A stretch of DNA of 38,937 bases from assembly GCA_046714395.1 (NCBI GenBank), contig JBKKBB010000071.1:1-38937 (forward strand). The letters are read 5' to 3'. The translations under genes were made by a program, and so were the position numbers. The DNA is from Candidatus Limnocylindrales bacterium (lineage in GTDB: Bacteria; Chloroflexota; Limnocylindria; Limnocylindrales; CSP1-4). Numbering within the stretch: position 1 is the first letter of the stretch; each line of letters opens with the position of its first letter. Under the pieces are notes generated by a model, which saw nothing but the letters and a program-made list of their open reading frames with translations, had not been told where the DNA came from and did not search any database. Positions 17,272 to 25,073 of this stretch are shown here, in pieces.

Positions 17272-18506
17272 GCTTGTGCCTCTGGAGTGGTACCGAAGGA
17301 TCCACCGAAACCCGCGCCGCCCAGGACGAACGGGGCGTCGGTGGGAAACGCGGAAAGGGTGGGTGCATCGCCGCGTTCGCGTGCCGCGCGGGCTTCATCA
17401 GAGCAGACCGGGCAGGTCGGATCCCGACGCAAGGTGAGTTCTGTGAACTCGGCCTCGAGGGCGTCGAACAGGAGCAGCCGCCCGGCCAGGGTCGTCCCGA
17501 TCCCGAGCAGAACCTTGAGGGCCTCATTGGCCTGGAGCATGCCCATGATCCCCGGCACGACACCCAGAACACCGGCCACGGAGCAGCCGGGTGCAAGCTC
17601 CGGCGGCGGCGGGGTCGGATAGAGGCAGCGATAGCACGGGCCCTCGTACGGAACGAACGTGGTGAGCTGCCCCTCGAATCGGAAGACCGAGGCGTGCACG
17701 ACGGGGATCCCGGCGGCCACCGCCGCATCGTTCAGCAGATAGCGAGTCTCGAACGTGTCCGTTCCGTCGAGGATCACGTCGTAGCCCGCAATGATCCGCT
17801 CGACGTTGTCGCCGACGAGCATCTCTTCATGCGGGATAACGGTCACGTCCGGGTTGAGCGCCGCAATCGATCGCCGCGCGGAGTCGACCTTCTTGTCACC
17901 AACCCGATCGGTGGTGTGGAGGATCTGGCGCTGGAGGTTGCTGAGGTCGATGACATCGAAGTCGACGATCCCGATCGTCCCCACGCCGGCAGCGGCGAGA
18001 TACAGCGCCGAAGGGCTGCCGAGCCCGCCGGCTCCGATCAGCAGGACCCGCGAGGCGAGCAGACGGGCCTGCCCCTCGGAGCCGACCTCGGGGATGAGGA
18101 GATGGCGGCTGTAGCGTAACTTCTGCGTATTCGAGAGGACGGCAGGAACGTTCCAGGGCAGGCCCTTGCTTTTCCAGCCGTGGAAGCCCCCGCCCATCAC
18201 CTCGACGGCCGAGTAGCCCATGTCGCGCAGCGCCCGGCCGGCGAGGTAGGAGCGAACGGTGCCCGAGCAGTACAGGATGATCCTCCCGTCCCGATCCGGC
18301 GCCTCTAATTCGATCGCCTGCTCCAGATAGCTTCGCGCGATGTGGAGAGCGCCGGGAAGGTGGCCCTGATCCCACTCATCAAGCTCGCGAACATCGATGA
18401 TCGCGGGTGGCGTGGCGGACGTCCGGAGGACGTCCACGTCGGCCGGGCTGATCTCCGGGATGTCGGCTCTTGCCTCACGCAGGAGGTCGGAGACGGTCTT
18501 GCTCAT
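17268..18506 (-). CDS. moeZ: Rhodanese + ThiF/MoeB-type adenylyltransferase/sulfurtransferase (MoeZ-like, rhodanese N-terminal)
   Basis: The N-terminal rhodanese domain has the active-site loop YCSGTVRS. The E1-like domain follows (RYSRHLLIPEVG, LLIGAGGLGSP, CYRC...CPVC). ATG 18506 overlaps the prx stop (ATGA). Confidence 0.85.
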   Translation of the reverse strand: MSKTVSDLLREARADIPEISPADVDVLRTSATPPAIIDVRELDEWDQGHLPGALHIARSYLEQAIELEAPDRDGRIILYCSGTVRSYLAGRALRDMGYSAVEVMGGGFHGWKSKGLPWNVPAVLSNTQKLRYSRHLLIPEVGSEGQARLLASRVLLIGAGGLGSPSALYLAAAGVGTIGIVDFDVIDLSNLQRQILHTTDRVGDKKVDSARRSIAALNPDVTVIPHEEMLVGDNVERIIAGYDVILDGTDTFETRYLLNDAAVAAGIPVVHASVFRFEGQLTTFVPYEGPCYRCLYPTPPPPELAPGCSVAGVLGVVPGIMGMLQANEALKVLLGIGTTLAGRLLLFDALEAEFTELTLRRDPTCPVCSDEARAARERGDAPTLSAFPTDAPFVLGGAGFGGSFGTTPEAQA

Positions 18507-19156
18507 GCTGTCCTTCCGGTCTTCGATGACGGGTCCGGGACATAGCGGAGGTAGGGCCGCTCGGCCCGCCATCCTTCCGGGAACTTCTCGCGTGCCTGTT
18601 CATCGCTGAGCGAGGCCAGGATGATCACGTCGTCACCGTGCCGCCAGTTTGCCGGCGTGGCGACCGAGTTGATCGAGGTCAACTTGAGCGAGTCGACCAC
18701 GCGGAGCAGCTCGTCGAAGTTGCGGCCCGTGCTGGCCGGGTAGGTCAGCGTCAGGCGCACCTTCTTGTGGTTGTCGATGATGAAGACCGACCGCACGGTC
18801 TGGGTCGCCTCCGCGTTCGGATGGATCATGTCGTAGGCCTCGGCGACGGCTCGGCTCTTGTCCGCGATGAGCGGGAAGTTGAGGGCCACGCCCTGGGTGG
18901 CCTCGATGTCGCGGGACCAGCCTTCGTGGTCCTCGACCCCGTCGACGCTCAGTCCGAGGACCTTGACGCCCCGGGCGTCGAATTCGCCCTTCAACTTGGC
19001 AACCGCGCCGAGCTCCGTCGTGCAGACGGGCGTGAAGTCCTTGGGGTGCGAGAACAGGATGGCCCAGTCATCACCGATCCACTCGTGGAATCGGATCTCC
19101 CCCTCGGTGGAGGTGGCGGTGAAATCGGGGGCTGTATCGCCCAGTCGAAGCGTCAT
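18503..19156 (-). CDS. 1-Cys peroxiredoxin (Prx6-like)
   Basis: Motifs present: LGDTAPDF, and FSHPKDFTPVCTTEL (peroxidatic Cys). Confidence 0.9.
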   Translation of the reverse strand: MTLRLGDTAPDFTATSTEGEIRFHEWIGDDWAILFSHPKDFTPVCTTELGAVAKLKGEFDARGVKVLGLSVDGVEDHEGWSRDIEATQGVALNFPLIADKSRAVAEAYDMIHPNAEATQTVRSVFIIDNHKKVRLTLTYPASTGRNFDELLRVVDSLKLTSINSVATPANWRHGDDVIILASLSDEQAREKFPEGWRAERPYLRYVPDPSSKTGRTA

Positions 19157-19219
19157 GGAAGTGGTGCTCCTGGAGAAGTGAACGAGGTGGGCACGCGACG
19201 GCTCAAAGCCGGGCGGGCA

Positions 19220-19256
19220 GGGACGCGACCCGCGCCCTTAAGCGCGGGGACGCGAC
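19220..19256. repeat. 10-bp direct repeat GGGACGCGAC (x2) flanking a CCCGCGC/GCGCGGG hairpin
   Basis: The two repeat copies are at 19220-19229 and 19247-19256. The stem is 19229-35 / 19242-48 around CTTAAG. The element lies between the sufU stop and the prx start, so it could be a terminator or an operator. Confidence 0.5.
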
Positions 19257-19327
19257 AGCCGGCAGTCAGGCCGGCTGGGTACACCTGCAGCGGCCCATCC
19301 CCGGCATGCCGCCGGTCTCGCGAGCGG

Positions 19328-19750
19328 TCATGCCGACCCTCGGGCTGCGGAGCGTTCTGCGGCGGGCGCCGACTCCCCGGCCGCCCCTACATCCGCCAGG
19401 GCCAGTTGCATCGTTTCCAGGCTCAGCAGCGCGCACTTCAGGCGCGCCGGCGAAATGTCGATTCCGAGCAGATCGAGGACGTCCTGCGACGTCATCGCCG
19501 CGGCGTCCGCGACAGACTTGCCCTTGAGCTCGTCGGTCAGCAGCGATGCCGAGGCCTGGCTGATCGCGCAACCGCGGCCGGTAAACCCGACCCCGGCGAC
19601 CATTCCGTCGCTGAGCTGCAGCTGCAGCGTGATTCGGTCGCCGCACAGCGGATTCGCGCCCTCGTGGGACGCGTTGGCGTACTCCAGCACCCCGAAGTTA
19701 TGGGGCCGCCGGTAGTGTTCCAGGATGTAGTCGCGGTACAGATCGTCCAT
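19328..19750 (-). CDS. sufU: SUF-system Fe-S cluster assembly scaffold/sulfur acceptor (SufU/NifU-like)
   Basis: Motifs present: YRDYILEHYRRPHNFG, NPLCGD, GRGCAISQASAS, ARLKCALL. Confidence 0.88.
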   Translation of the reverse strand: MDDLYRDYILEHYRRPHNFGVLEYANASHEGANPLCGDRITLQLQLSDGMVAGVGFTGRGCAISQASASLLTDELKGKSVADAAAMTSQDVLDLLGIDISPARLKCALLSLETMQLALADVGAAGESAPAAERSAARGSA

Positions 19751-19804
19751 CGAAGTTCGGAGTGTACCGCGAAGGCCCAATCCCGACCATGGGAGTCGGA
19801 TATG

Positions 19805-20212
19805 TCAACTGGACGGATCCACGATCGTCAAGCCCGCGAACGCCGCGCGCTGGAAGCCGCGGTCGCGGGTCAGGAGACGGTCGGCGTGCTCTAGCGCATG
19901 TGCGCCGACGACGAAGTCCGTCATGAGTCGCTCGCGCGGCGCACCGGCCTGGCGGTACGCACGCCATGCGATCCCAGCATTCGTTGCTGCCGCCTGGCTC
20001 AGGACAGAGAAGGCGACGGGAAGACGTGACAGGGCCGCCTCGGTGGCCTCCAGATCCGGAAAGGCGGCGATGACTTCTGCCCAGACCACGTCACAGGCGA
20101 TCAGGACGCCATCGTTCAGCATCATCCGACGCGCTTCCCGGGAAGCCGGCCCGAATCGAGGGTCTGCGCCAAGGACGTCGATCAGGACATTCGTGTCGAC
20201 GGCGGTGATCAC
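19805..20212 (-). CDS. vapC: PIN-domain toxin (VapC family)
   Basis: ITAVDTNVLID at the N-terminus and a conserved acidic residue in LMTDFVVGAHA, with LLTRDRGF. GTGA overlap with vapB. Confidence 0.85.
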   Translation of the reverse strand: MITAVDTNVLIDVLGADPRFGPASREARRMMLNDGVLIACDVVWAEVIAAFPDLEATEAALSRLPVAFSVLSQAAATNAGIAWRAYRQAGAPRERLMTDFVVGAHALEHADRLLTRDRGFQRAAFAGLTIVDPSS

Positions 20213-20451
20213 CGGTCGAGTTCATCCTGGCCCGGCCCACGGATCTCGCGGATGAACACGTCCGTCCCACCGGGGGGCAGTGGCAGGATCCCGTAGAGGT
20301 CGTCCAGTGCGTCGACCGGACCCATCTTGCGTCCGATGAGCCGACCATTCGCCTCCTCGAAGTCGAGGACCGTGCCCGGCGGCAGCCCGAGGCGATCCCG
20401 CAGCCGCTTCGGGATCGTGATCTGGCCCTTCTCGCTGACAGTCGTTTTCAT
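20209..20451 (-). CDS. vapB: AbrB/SpoVT-type antitoxin (VapB family)
   Basis: MKTTVSEKGQITIPKRLRDRLGL is a swapped-hairpin AbrB-like DNA-binding motif. An 80-aa protein located upstream of the PIN toxin. Confidence 0.82.
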   Translation of the reverse strand: MKTTVSEKGQITIPKRLRDRLGLPPGTVLDFEEANGRLIGRKMGPVDALDDLYGILPLPPGGTDVFIREIRGPGQDELDR

Positions 20452-20707
20452 ACCGCGATGGTAGGAAATGCATATCGGTTCGTCAAGAGGGCGCACTCAT
20501 GGCAGACGACGTTCGCCTGATCAGAGGCCTCCGGTCAGATGAACGATCGTATTGCCGCCAGGCCTCGCTCGAGTAGCCGCGGTAGATGCCCGGGTCGAGA
20601 GGCGGCGACTGGTACGCTTCGAGATGGTCGGGCACGGTCGGGCTCGCGAGACTCAGCGCCAGGTACCGTCGGAGCCGTGTGATCGACGACGCAGAGTCGG
20701 AGCTGCG

Positions 20708-21718
20708 ATGAAGACGCTACGAACTGAGCGGATGCTCGGCGCGGTGGTTGAGGACGTCGCGTACGGCGCCGCCACGGCCGATATCGGTGAGGTCGACGCG
20801 TATCTCGTGCGGCCGAAAGACGGTGATTCGCGGGGGTCGCGCTCGTGCGCCGCGATTCTCTTCTGGCACTGGCTGGATGGAGAGGCGCCTGACGGCAACC
20901 GCACGGAATTCCGTGACGAGGCCGCCGCCATGGCGAGCCTGGGCGTGGTGTCGCTTCTCCCCCAGGGCCGGTTCCCGTGGACGATCGACCCGAGCGGCGC
21001 CGCCGCGGACACGGCCCAGATTCAGCTGGAAGTTGCGCGTCTGGCCGCCGGACTGGACGCGTTGGTGGCGCTCCCGGAAGTGGACCCGGGCCGCATTGCC
21101 GTCGTGGGGCACGACTTCGGCGGCATGTACGCGATCCTCGCGACAGCCGCCGACCCGCGCGTTCGGAGCCTCGTCGTCACCGCCGCCACGCCGCGCTGGA
21201 GCGACTGGTTCCTGCCGTTCTGGCAGATCGATGAGGATCGCCTCGACTACCTGCGTGCCACGCGTTCGTTCGATCCCATCGAGCAGATGGCAGCCATCTC
21301 CCCCCGGCCGGTCCTCCTGCAGTTCGGGCAGCGAGACTTCTACGTCGCGCCGATGTCGGCGTTCGGCCTGCGGCGCGCCGCGGGTGGTGACGCCGTGGAA
21401 CTGAAGATGTACGACGCGGAGCACGACATGCGGCATCCGGACGCACGCTCGGATCGCCTGGCCTTCCTGTCGCGCACGCTCGAGCTCGAGCCTCCGCCCT
21501 CCCTGTGCGGCGCGCCCCGCGACTGGTCGACAGATCGACCAAGCGACAAACGGAGCGCCGATTCAGCCACCGTCCGACGTCGAATGGCGTATCGATCGAC
21601 CGAACAGCGGCGGAAGCGGCGGAAGCGGCGATTCGGGCCGCTGCCGGCTCGCTGCATCGTCGGATGGTCGATTTCTGGACCAGGCGCACGACCAGGCGGC
21701 CGGCCCGGAGCGCTCTAG
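20708..21718 (+). CDS. Alpha/beta hydrolase (dienelactone hydrolase-like)
   Basis: Nucleophile elbow VVGHDFGG and a late AEHD (His) are present. The last 80 or so aa are Arg-rich and low-complexity, and may only reflect the lack of a stop codon in GC-rich 3' sequence. Confidence 0.65.
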   Translation: MKTLRTERMLGAVVEDVAYGAATADIGEVDAYLVRPKDGDSRGSRSCAAILFWHWLDGEAPDGNRTEFRDEAAAMASLGVVSLLPQGRFPWTIDPSGAAADTAQIQLEVARLAAGLDALVALPEVDPGRIAVVGHDFGGMYAILATAADPRVRSLVVTAATPRWSDWFLPFWQIDEDRLDYLRATRSFDPIEQMAAISPRPVLLQFGQRDFYVAPMSAFGLRRAAGGDAVELKMYDAEHDMRHPDARSDRLAFLSRTLELEPPPSLCGAPRDWSTDRPSDKRSADSATVRRRMAYRSTEQRRKRRKRRFGPLPARCIVGWSISGPGARPGGRPGAL

Positions 21719-23007
21719 ACCCCGAAGACTCGCTTGACCTCGGCGATGCCGCCGATGAGGGCGTCGATGTCGGCGCGGGTCGTGTAGACGTTGAAGCTGG
21801 CGCGGGCCGTGGCCGGCAGGTCCAGACGCTCGTGGAGCGGCATCGTGCAGTGGTGGCCGGCACGGACCGCGACCCCCGTTCGGTCGAGCACCTGCGCCAC
21901 GTCATGGGGGTGAACGCCCGGGATGTTGAACGGGATCACGCCGCCGCGAATGCCCGGGTCCATCGGGCCGTAGAGCGCGAGGTCAGGGTGGGCGGCCGCC
22001 AGGGCCGGCAGCGCGTACTCCAGCAGCTCGCGCTCGTGCTCCCGGACTCGGCCCATGCCCAGGGTTCCGAGATAGTCCGCCGCCGCGCCGAGGCCGATCT
22101 CGGCCGCGATGTCCGGCGTACCGGCCTCGAACTTCCAGGGAATCTCGTTGAATTCGGAGCGTCGGAGGTGGACCTCGCGGATCATTTCGCCTCCGGACAG
22201 GAACGGGGGCATCGCCTCGAGCAGCTCGCGGCGTCCCCACAGGGCACCTGATCCTGTTGGCGCCAGCATCTTGTGGCCCGAGAACACGTAGAAATCGGCG
22301 TCGATCGCATGGACGTCCACGGAAACGTGCGGCACGGCCTGGGCGCCATCGATGAGGACAAGCGCGCCGGCCTCATGGGCCATCCGGGTCATCTCGGCGA
22401 CCGGATTGATCGTCCCGAGCGTGTTGCTGACGTGGGTGAACGCGACAAGCTTCGGCTTGAGTCGGAGCAGGACGTCGAAGACGTCGAGCCGGAGCACACC
22501 GTCGTCGGTGATCGGAATGAACTCCAGATCTGCGTCCTTCTCCTGGACCAGGAGCTGCCACGGGACGAGGTTCGCGTGGTGTTCCATCTCGGTCAGGACG
22601 ATGACGTCGCCGCGACTGATGTTCTTGCGACCCCACGAGTAGGCGACGAGGTTGATCGCCTCCGTGGCGTTTCGGGTGAAGACGATCTCGTGCCGATCCG
22701 GGGCGTTGATGAACCTGGCGACGCTCATGCGAGCCGCCTCGTAGGCCGCAGTGGACCGCTCCCCGATCTCATAGATCCCGCGGTGGACGTTGGCGTTGTA
22801 CTCGCGGTAGTACGTGTCCATCGCGTCGATGACGACCTGCGGCTTCTGGCTCGTGGACGCGGAATCGAGGTAAACGAGCGGCTTCCCGTTCGAAGTCATC
22901 GTCGCGAGGATCGGAAAGTCGGCCCGAATCAGCTCGGGCACGAGGCGACCGTCGCGAATCCTTGGGTCGGTCGCGCCTTCGGAGACCGGCTCTCTCGTCA
23001 GCGTCAT
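21715..23007 (-). CDS. sufS: Cysteine desulfurase, SufS subfamily
   Basis: Motifs present: LDSASTSQKP, EMEHHANLVPW, FSGHKMLAPTGSGAL (PLP Lys), RAGHHCTMPL (active-site Cys). ATG 23007 lies 13 nt after the sufC stop. Confidence 0.92.
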   Translation of the reverse strand: MTLTREPVSEGATDPRIRDGRLVPELIRADFPILATMTSNGKPLVYLDSASTSQKPQVVIDAMDTYYREYNANVHRGIYEIGERSTAAYEAARMSVARFINAPDRHEIVFTRNATEAINLVAYSWGRKNISRGDVIVLTEMEHHANLVPWQLLVQEKDADLEFIPITDDGVLRLDVFDVLLRLKPKLVAFTHVSNTLGTINPVAEMTRMAHEAGALVLIDGAQAVPHVSVDVHAIDADFYVFSGHKMLAPTGSGALWGRRELLEAMPPFLSGGEMIREVHLRRSEFNEIPWKFEAGTPDIAAEIGLGAAADYLGTLGMGRVREHERELLEYALPALAAAHPDLALYGPMDPGIRGGVIPFNIPGVHPHDVAQVLDRTGVAVRAGHHCTMPLHERLDLPATARASFNVYTTRADIDALIGGIAEVKRVFGV

Positions 23008-23020
23008 GCGGATCGACCGA

Positions 23021-23896
23021 TCAGTGGGCGAGGACGGCCGGCTCATCGAGCCGGAGAGCGTCATCGGAAACGTCGACTTCGAGGCCCGCCTCCCGGAGGA
23101 TCGGGCCATAGCCCTCGTCCTCGAGGCGGAGGGCCAGGTCCCGGCCGCCGGACTTGACGATGCGCCCCTGGGCCAGGACGTGAACCACGTCCGGTTTGAT
23201 GTGATTGAGCAGCCGCTGATAGTGGGTGATGAGGAGGATGCCGAGGTCCGGGTTGAGCATCGCATTGACGCCTTCCGCGACGATTCGCAGGGCGTCGATG
23301 TCCAGCCCGGAGTCGGTCTCATCGAGGATCGCCAGCTGCGGCTCGAGCATCGCCATCTGGAGCATCTCGAGGCGCTTCTTCTCGCCGCCCGAGAAGCCAT
23401 CGTTGACATAGCGGGAGACGAACGCCTCATCCATCTTCAGTAGAGCCAGCTTCTCGCGCATCTTGCGGCGGAACTCCAGCATGGACACGCCGCCCTTGAT
23501 CGCATCGGTGGGATCGATGTCGGGGTTCTTGTCGATCCCCTGGAGCTTGGCGTTGAGCGCGCTTCGAATGAAGCTCGCCACGGACAGACCGGGTACGGCC
23601 GTCGGGTACTGAAAGGCGAGGAACATCCCGAGCCGGCTGCGCTTGTCCGGGGACAGCTTGAGGATGTCCCGTCCCATCCAGGTGACTTCGCCGCCGGTGA
23701 CGATGTAGGCCGGGTGACCCATCAGCGCGTAGGCCAGGGTCGTCTTGCCGGAGCCATTCGGGCCCATGAGCGCGTGGACTTCGCCCGGCCCAACTTCGAG
23801 ATCGATGCCCTGCAGAATCTCGCGATCCGGAGCGGCCATCGGCGCGACCCGAAGGCCGCGAATACTCAACGTTCGATCGGCGCTTTCGGTAGTCAC
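23021..23896 (-). CDS. sufC: Fe-S cluster assembly ATPase SufC
   Basis: Walker A GPNGSGKTT, signature FSGGEKKR, Walker B LAILDETDSGLD. Confidence 0.92.
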   Translation of the reverse strand: MTTESADRTLSIRGLRVAPMAAPDREILQGIDLEVGPGEVHALMGPNGSGKTTLAYALMGHPAYIVTGGEVTWMGRDILKLSPDKRSRLGMFLAFQYPTAVPGLSVASFIRSALNAKLQGIDKNPDIDPTDAIKGGVSMLEFRRKMREKLALLKMDEAFVSRYVNDGFSGGEKKRLEMLQMAMLEPQLAILDETDSGLDIDALRIVAEGVNAMLNPDLGILLITHYQRLLNHIKPDVVHVLAQGRIVKSGGRDLALRLEDEGYGPILREAGLEVDVSDDALRLDEPAVLAH

Positions 23897-24345
23897 GAGC
23901 GGGTCACGGCTCCTTGCAGGGTCCTGGTGCTTGACGGCGTCCCAAGCCCGACCGGCGGCAGGCGGAGGGGCACCAGGTCGGCCAGGGTCATGCTCTCGAG
24001 TGCCCCCACGATGGCGTCCCGAACGCGGACCCAGAGGATGTTGACGGTACAGTTCGATGTCCGGTCGCAGATGGTGGCGTGCTCCGGATCATCCGAAGCG
24101 CAGATCATCGGTGCGATCGGGCCTTCGAGGGCGCGGAGGACTTCACTCATCCGGATTTCCGAGGGAGCCCGGCCCAGTTCGTAGCCCCCGTGGGCGCCGC
24201 GGGTCGAGACCACCAGGCCGGCATCGCGAAGGCCCATCGCGAGCTGCTCGAGGTAGGCCCGGGGGAGGTCCTCCTCGGCCGCGATCTCGGCCAGGCTGGC
24301 CGGACCCGTCCCGTAGTGCCGGCCGAGCTGGACCATGAGTCGCAC
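23893..24345 (-). CDS. Rrf2-family transcriptional regulator (probable Fe-S sensing)
   Basis: Motifs present: LAEIAAEEDLPRAYLEQLAMGLRDAGLVVSTRGAHGGYEL, and three Cys residues (C-x10-C-x5-C). The canonical N-terminal FSTKGEYGV lies upstream of GTG 24345 in the same frame, so the true start is probably near 24411. Confidence 0.8.
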   Translation of the reverse strand: MRLMVQLGRHYGTGPASLAEIAAEEDLPRAYLEQLAMGLRDAGLVVSTRGAHGGYELGRAPSEIRMSEVLRALEGPIAPMICASDDPEHATICDRTSNCTVNILWVRVRDAIVGALESMTLADLVPLRLPPVGLGTPSSTRTLQGAVTRS

Positions 24346-24466
24346 GCCGTACTCGCCCTTCGTGCTGAAGGAAACGGCGCCGGAGCCATGGAAGGCGGGT
24401 CGAGTGCTCAGGTGAGGTGTCCTTGGGCTGGGACGGTGTCTGCGGGCGGTTCCACCGCACAGTTAT

Positions 24467-24488
24467 ATCCGACCTGAAAGGTCGGGAT
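24467..24488. promoter_or_regulatory. Inverted repeat ATCCGACC-TGAAA-GGTCGGGAT upstream of rrf2 / downstream of DinB gene
   Basis: The core is a perfect 6-bp stem, CCGACC/GGTCGG. On the minus strand it is followed by ATATAAC (-10-like). It could be an operator or a terminator. Confidence 0.3.
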
Positions 24489-24562
24489 TAGTCTAGGCGG
24501 CGCCCGGCCGAAGCGTCAATTGCCTCCCGATCGCACGGGCGGCAAGCGGTGCCCAATGGGCG

Positions 24563-25027
24563 CTAGGCCGTTCCTGCGGCGCGCGCGCGGCGGATCTGAT
24601 CGGCGTGCTCGTGAACGTGTCCCGCATAGATCTCGAGCCAGAAGTCCACGGAGTACGCCCCGTGTTCGCTGTGCGTTCCGGTCTTCGCCCAGTCCTCGGG
24701 GGTCATGGCGGACATCAGATCCAGACTCGAGGCCCGAACGGCAGCCACGACGGCGAGCGAGCTCTCGATCGGGCGCTCGTAATGCAACCGCTTTGCGAAC
24801 GTCGGCTCGTTGTAACCCTGAATCACGGGAACGTCATCGGCGACGAGTCTGCGCAGGCGGGTGAAGGACATGGCCTCGCCGTCAGCCAGGTGGTGGGCAA
24901 TCTGTCGCGCTGTCCACTCCCCGCCTTCTTGCGGGCGATCGAGTTCCTCCTCGGTGATGTCGACCAGGGAGTCGGCGAGGTCTGCCATCCCGGTCCGGTA
25001 CTGCGCGATCCAATCGGCGCGATTCAC
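24563..25027 (-). CDS. DinB-family (four-helix bundle, metal-binding) protein
   Basis: GAAGGAG lies 6 nt before GTG 25027. Motifs present: ARQIAHHLADGE, and HVHEHADQI (DinB His pattern). Confidence 0.8.
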   Translation of the reverse strand: MNRADWIAQYRTGMADLADSLVDITEEELDRPQEGGEWTARQIAHHLADGEAMSFTRLRRLVADDVPVIQGYNEPTFAKRLHYERPIESSLAVVAAVRASSLDLMSAMTPEDWAKTGTHSEHGAYSVDFWLEIYAGHVHEHADQIRRARAAGTA

Positions 25028-25073
25028 GCTGTTCTCCTTCGTGTTGATGGTCCGGCGCCCGGTCGGCGTCTTT

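Noticed and set aside
20452-20707. A possible small gene or gene remnant in the 256-nt vapB/hydrolase divergent spacer
   Set aside because: One minus-strand frame reads protein-like (…PDHLEAYQSPPLDPGIYRGYSSEAWRQY…). It has no start codon, no SD and no motif that I can assign, so the evidence is insufficient.
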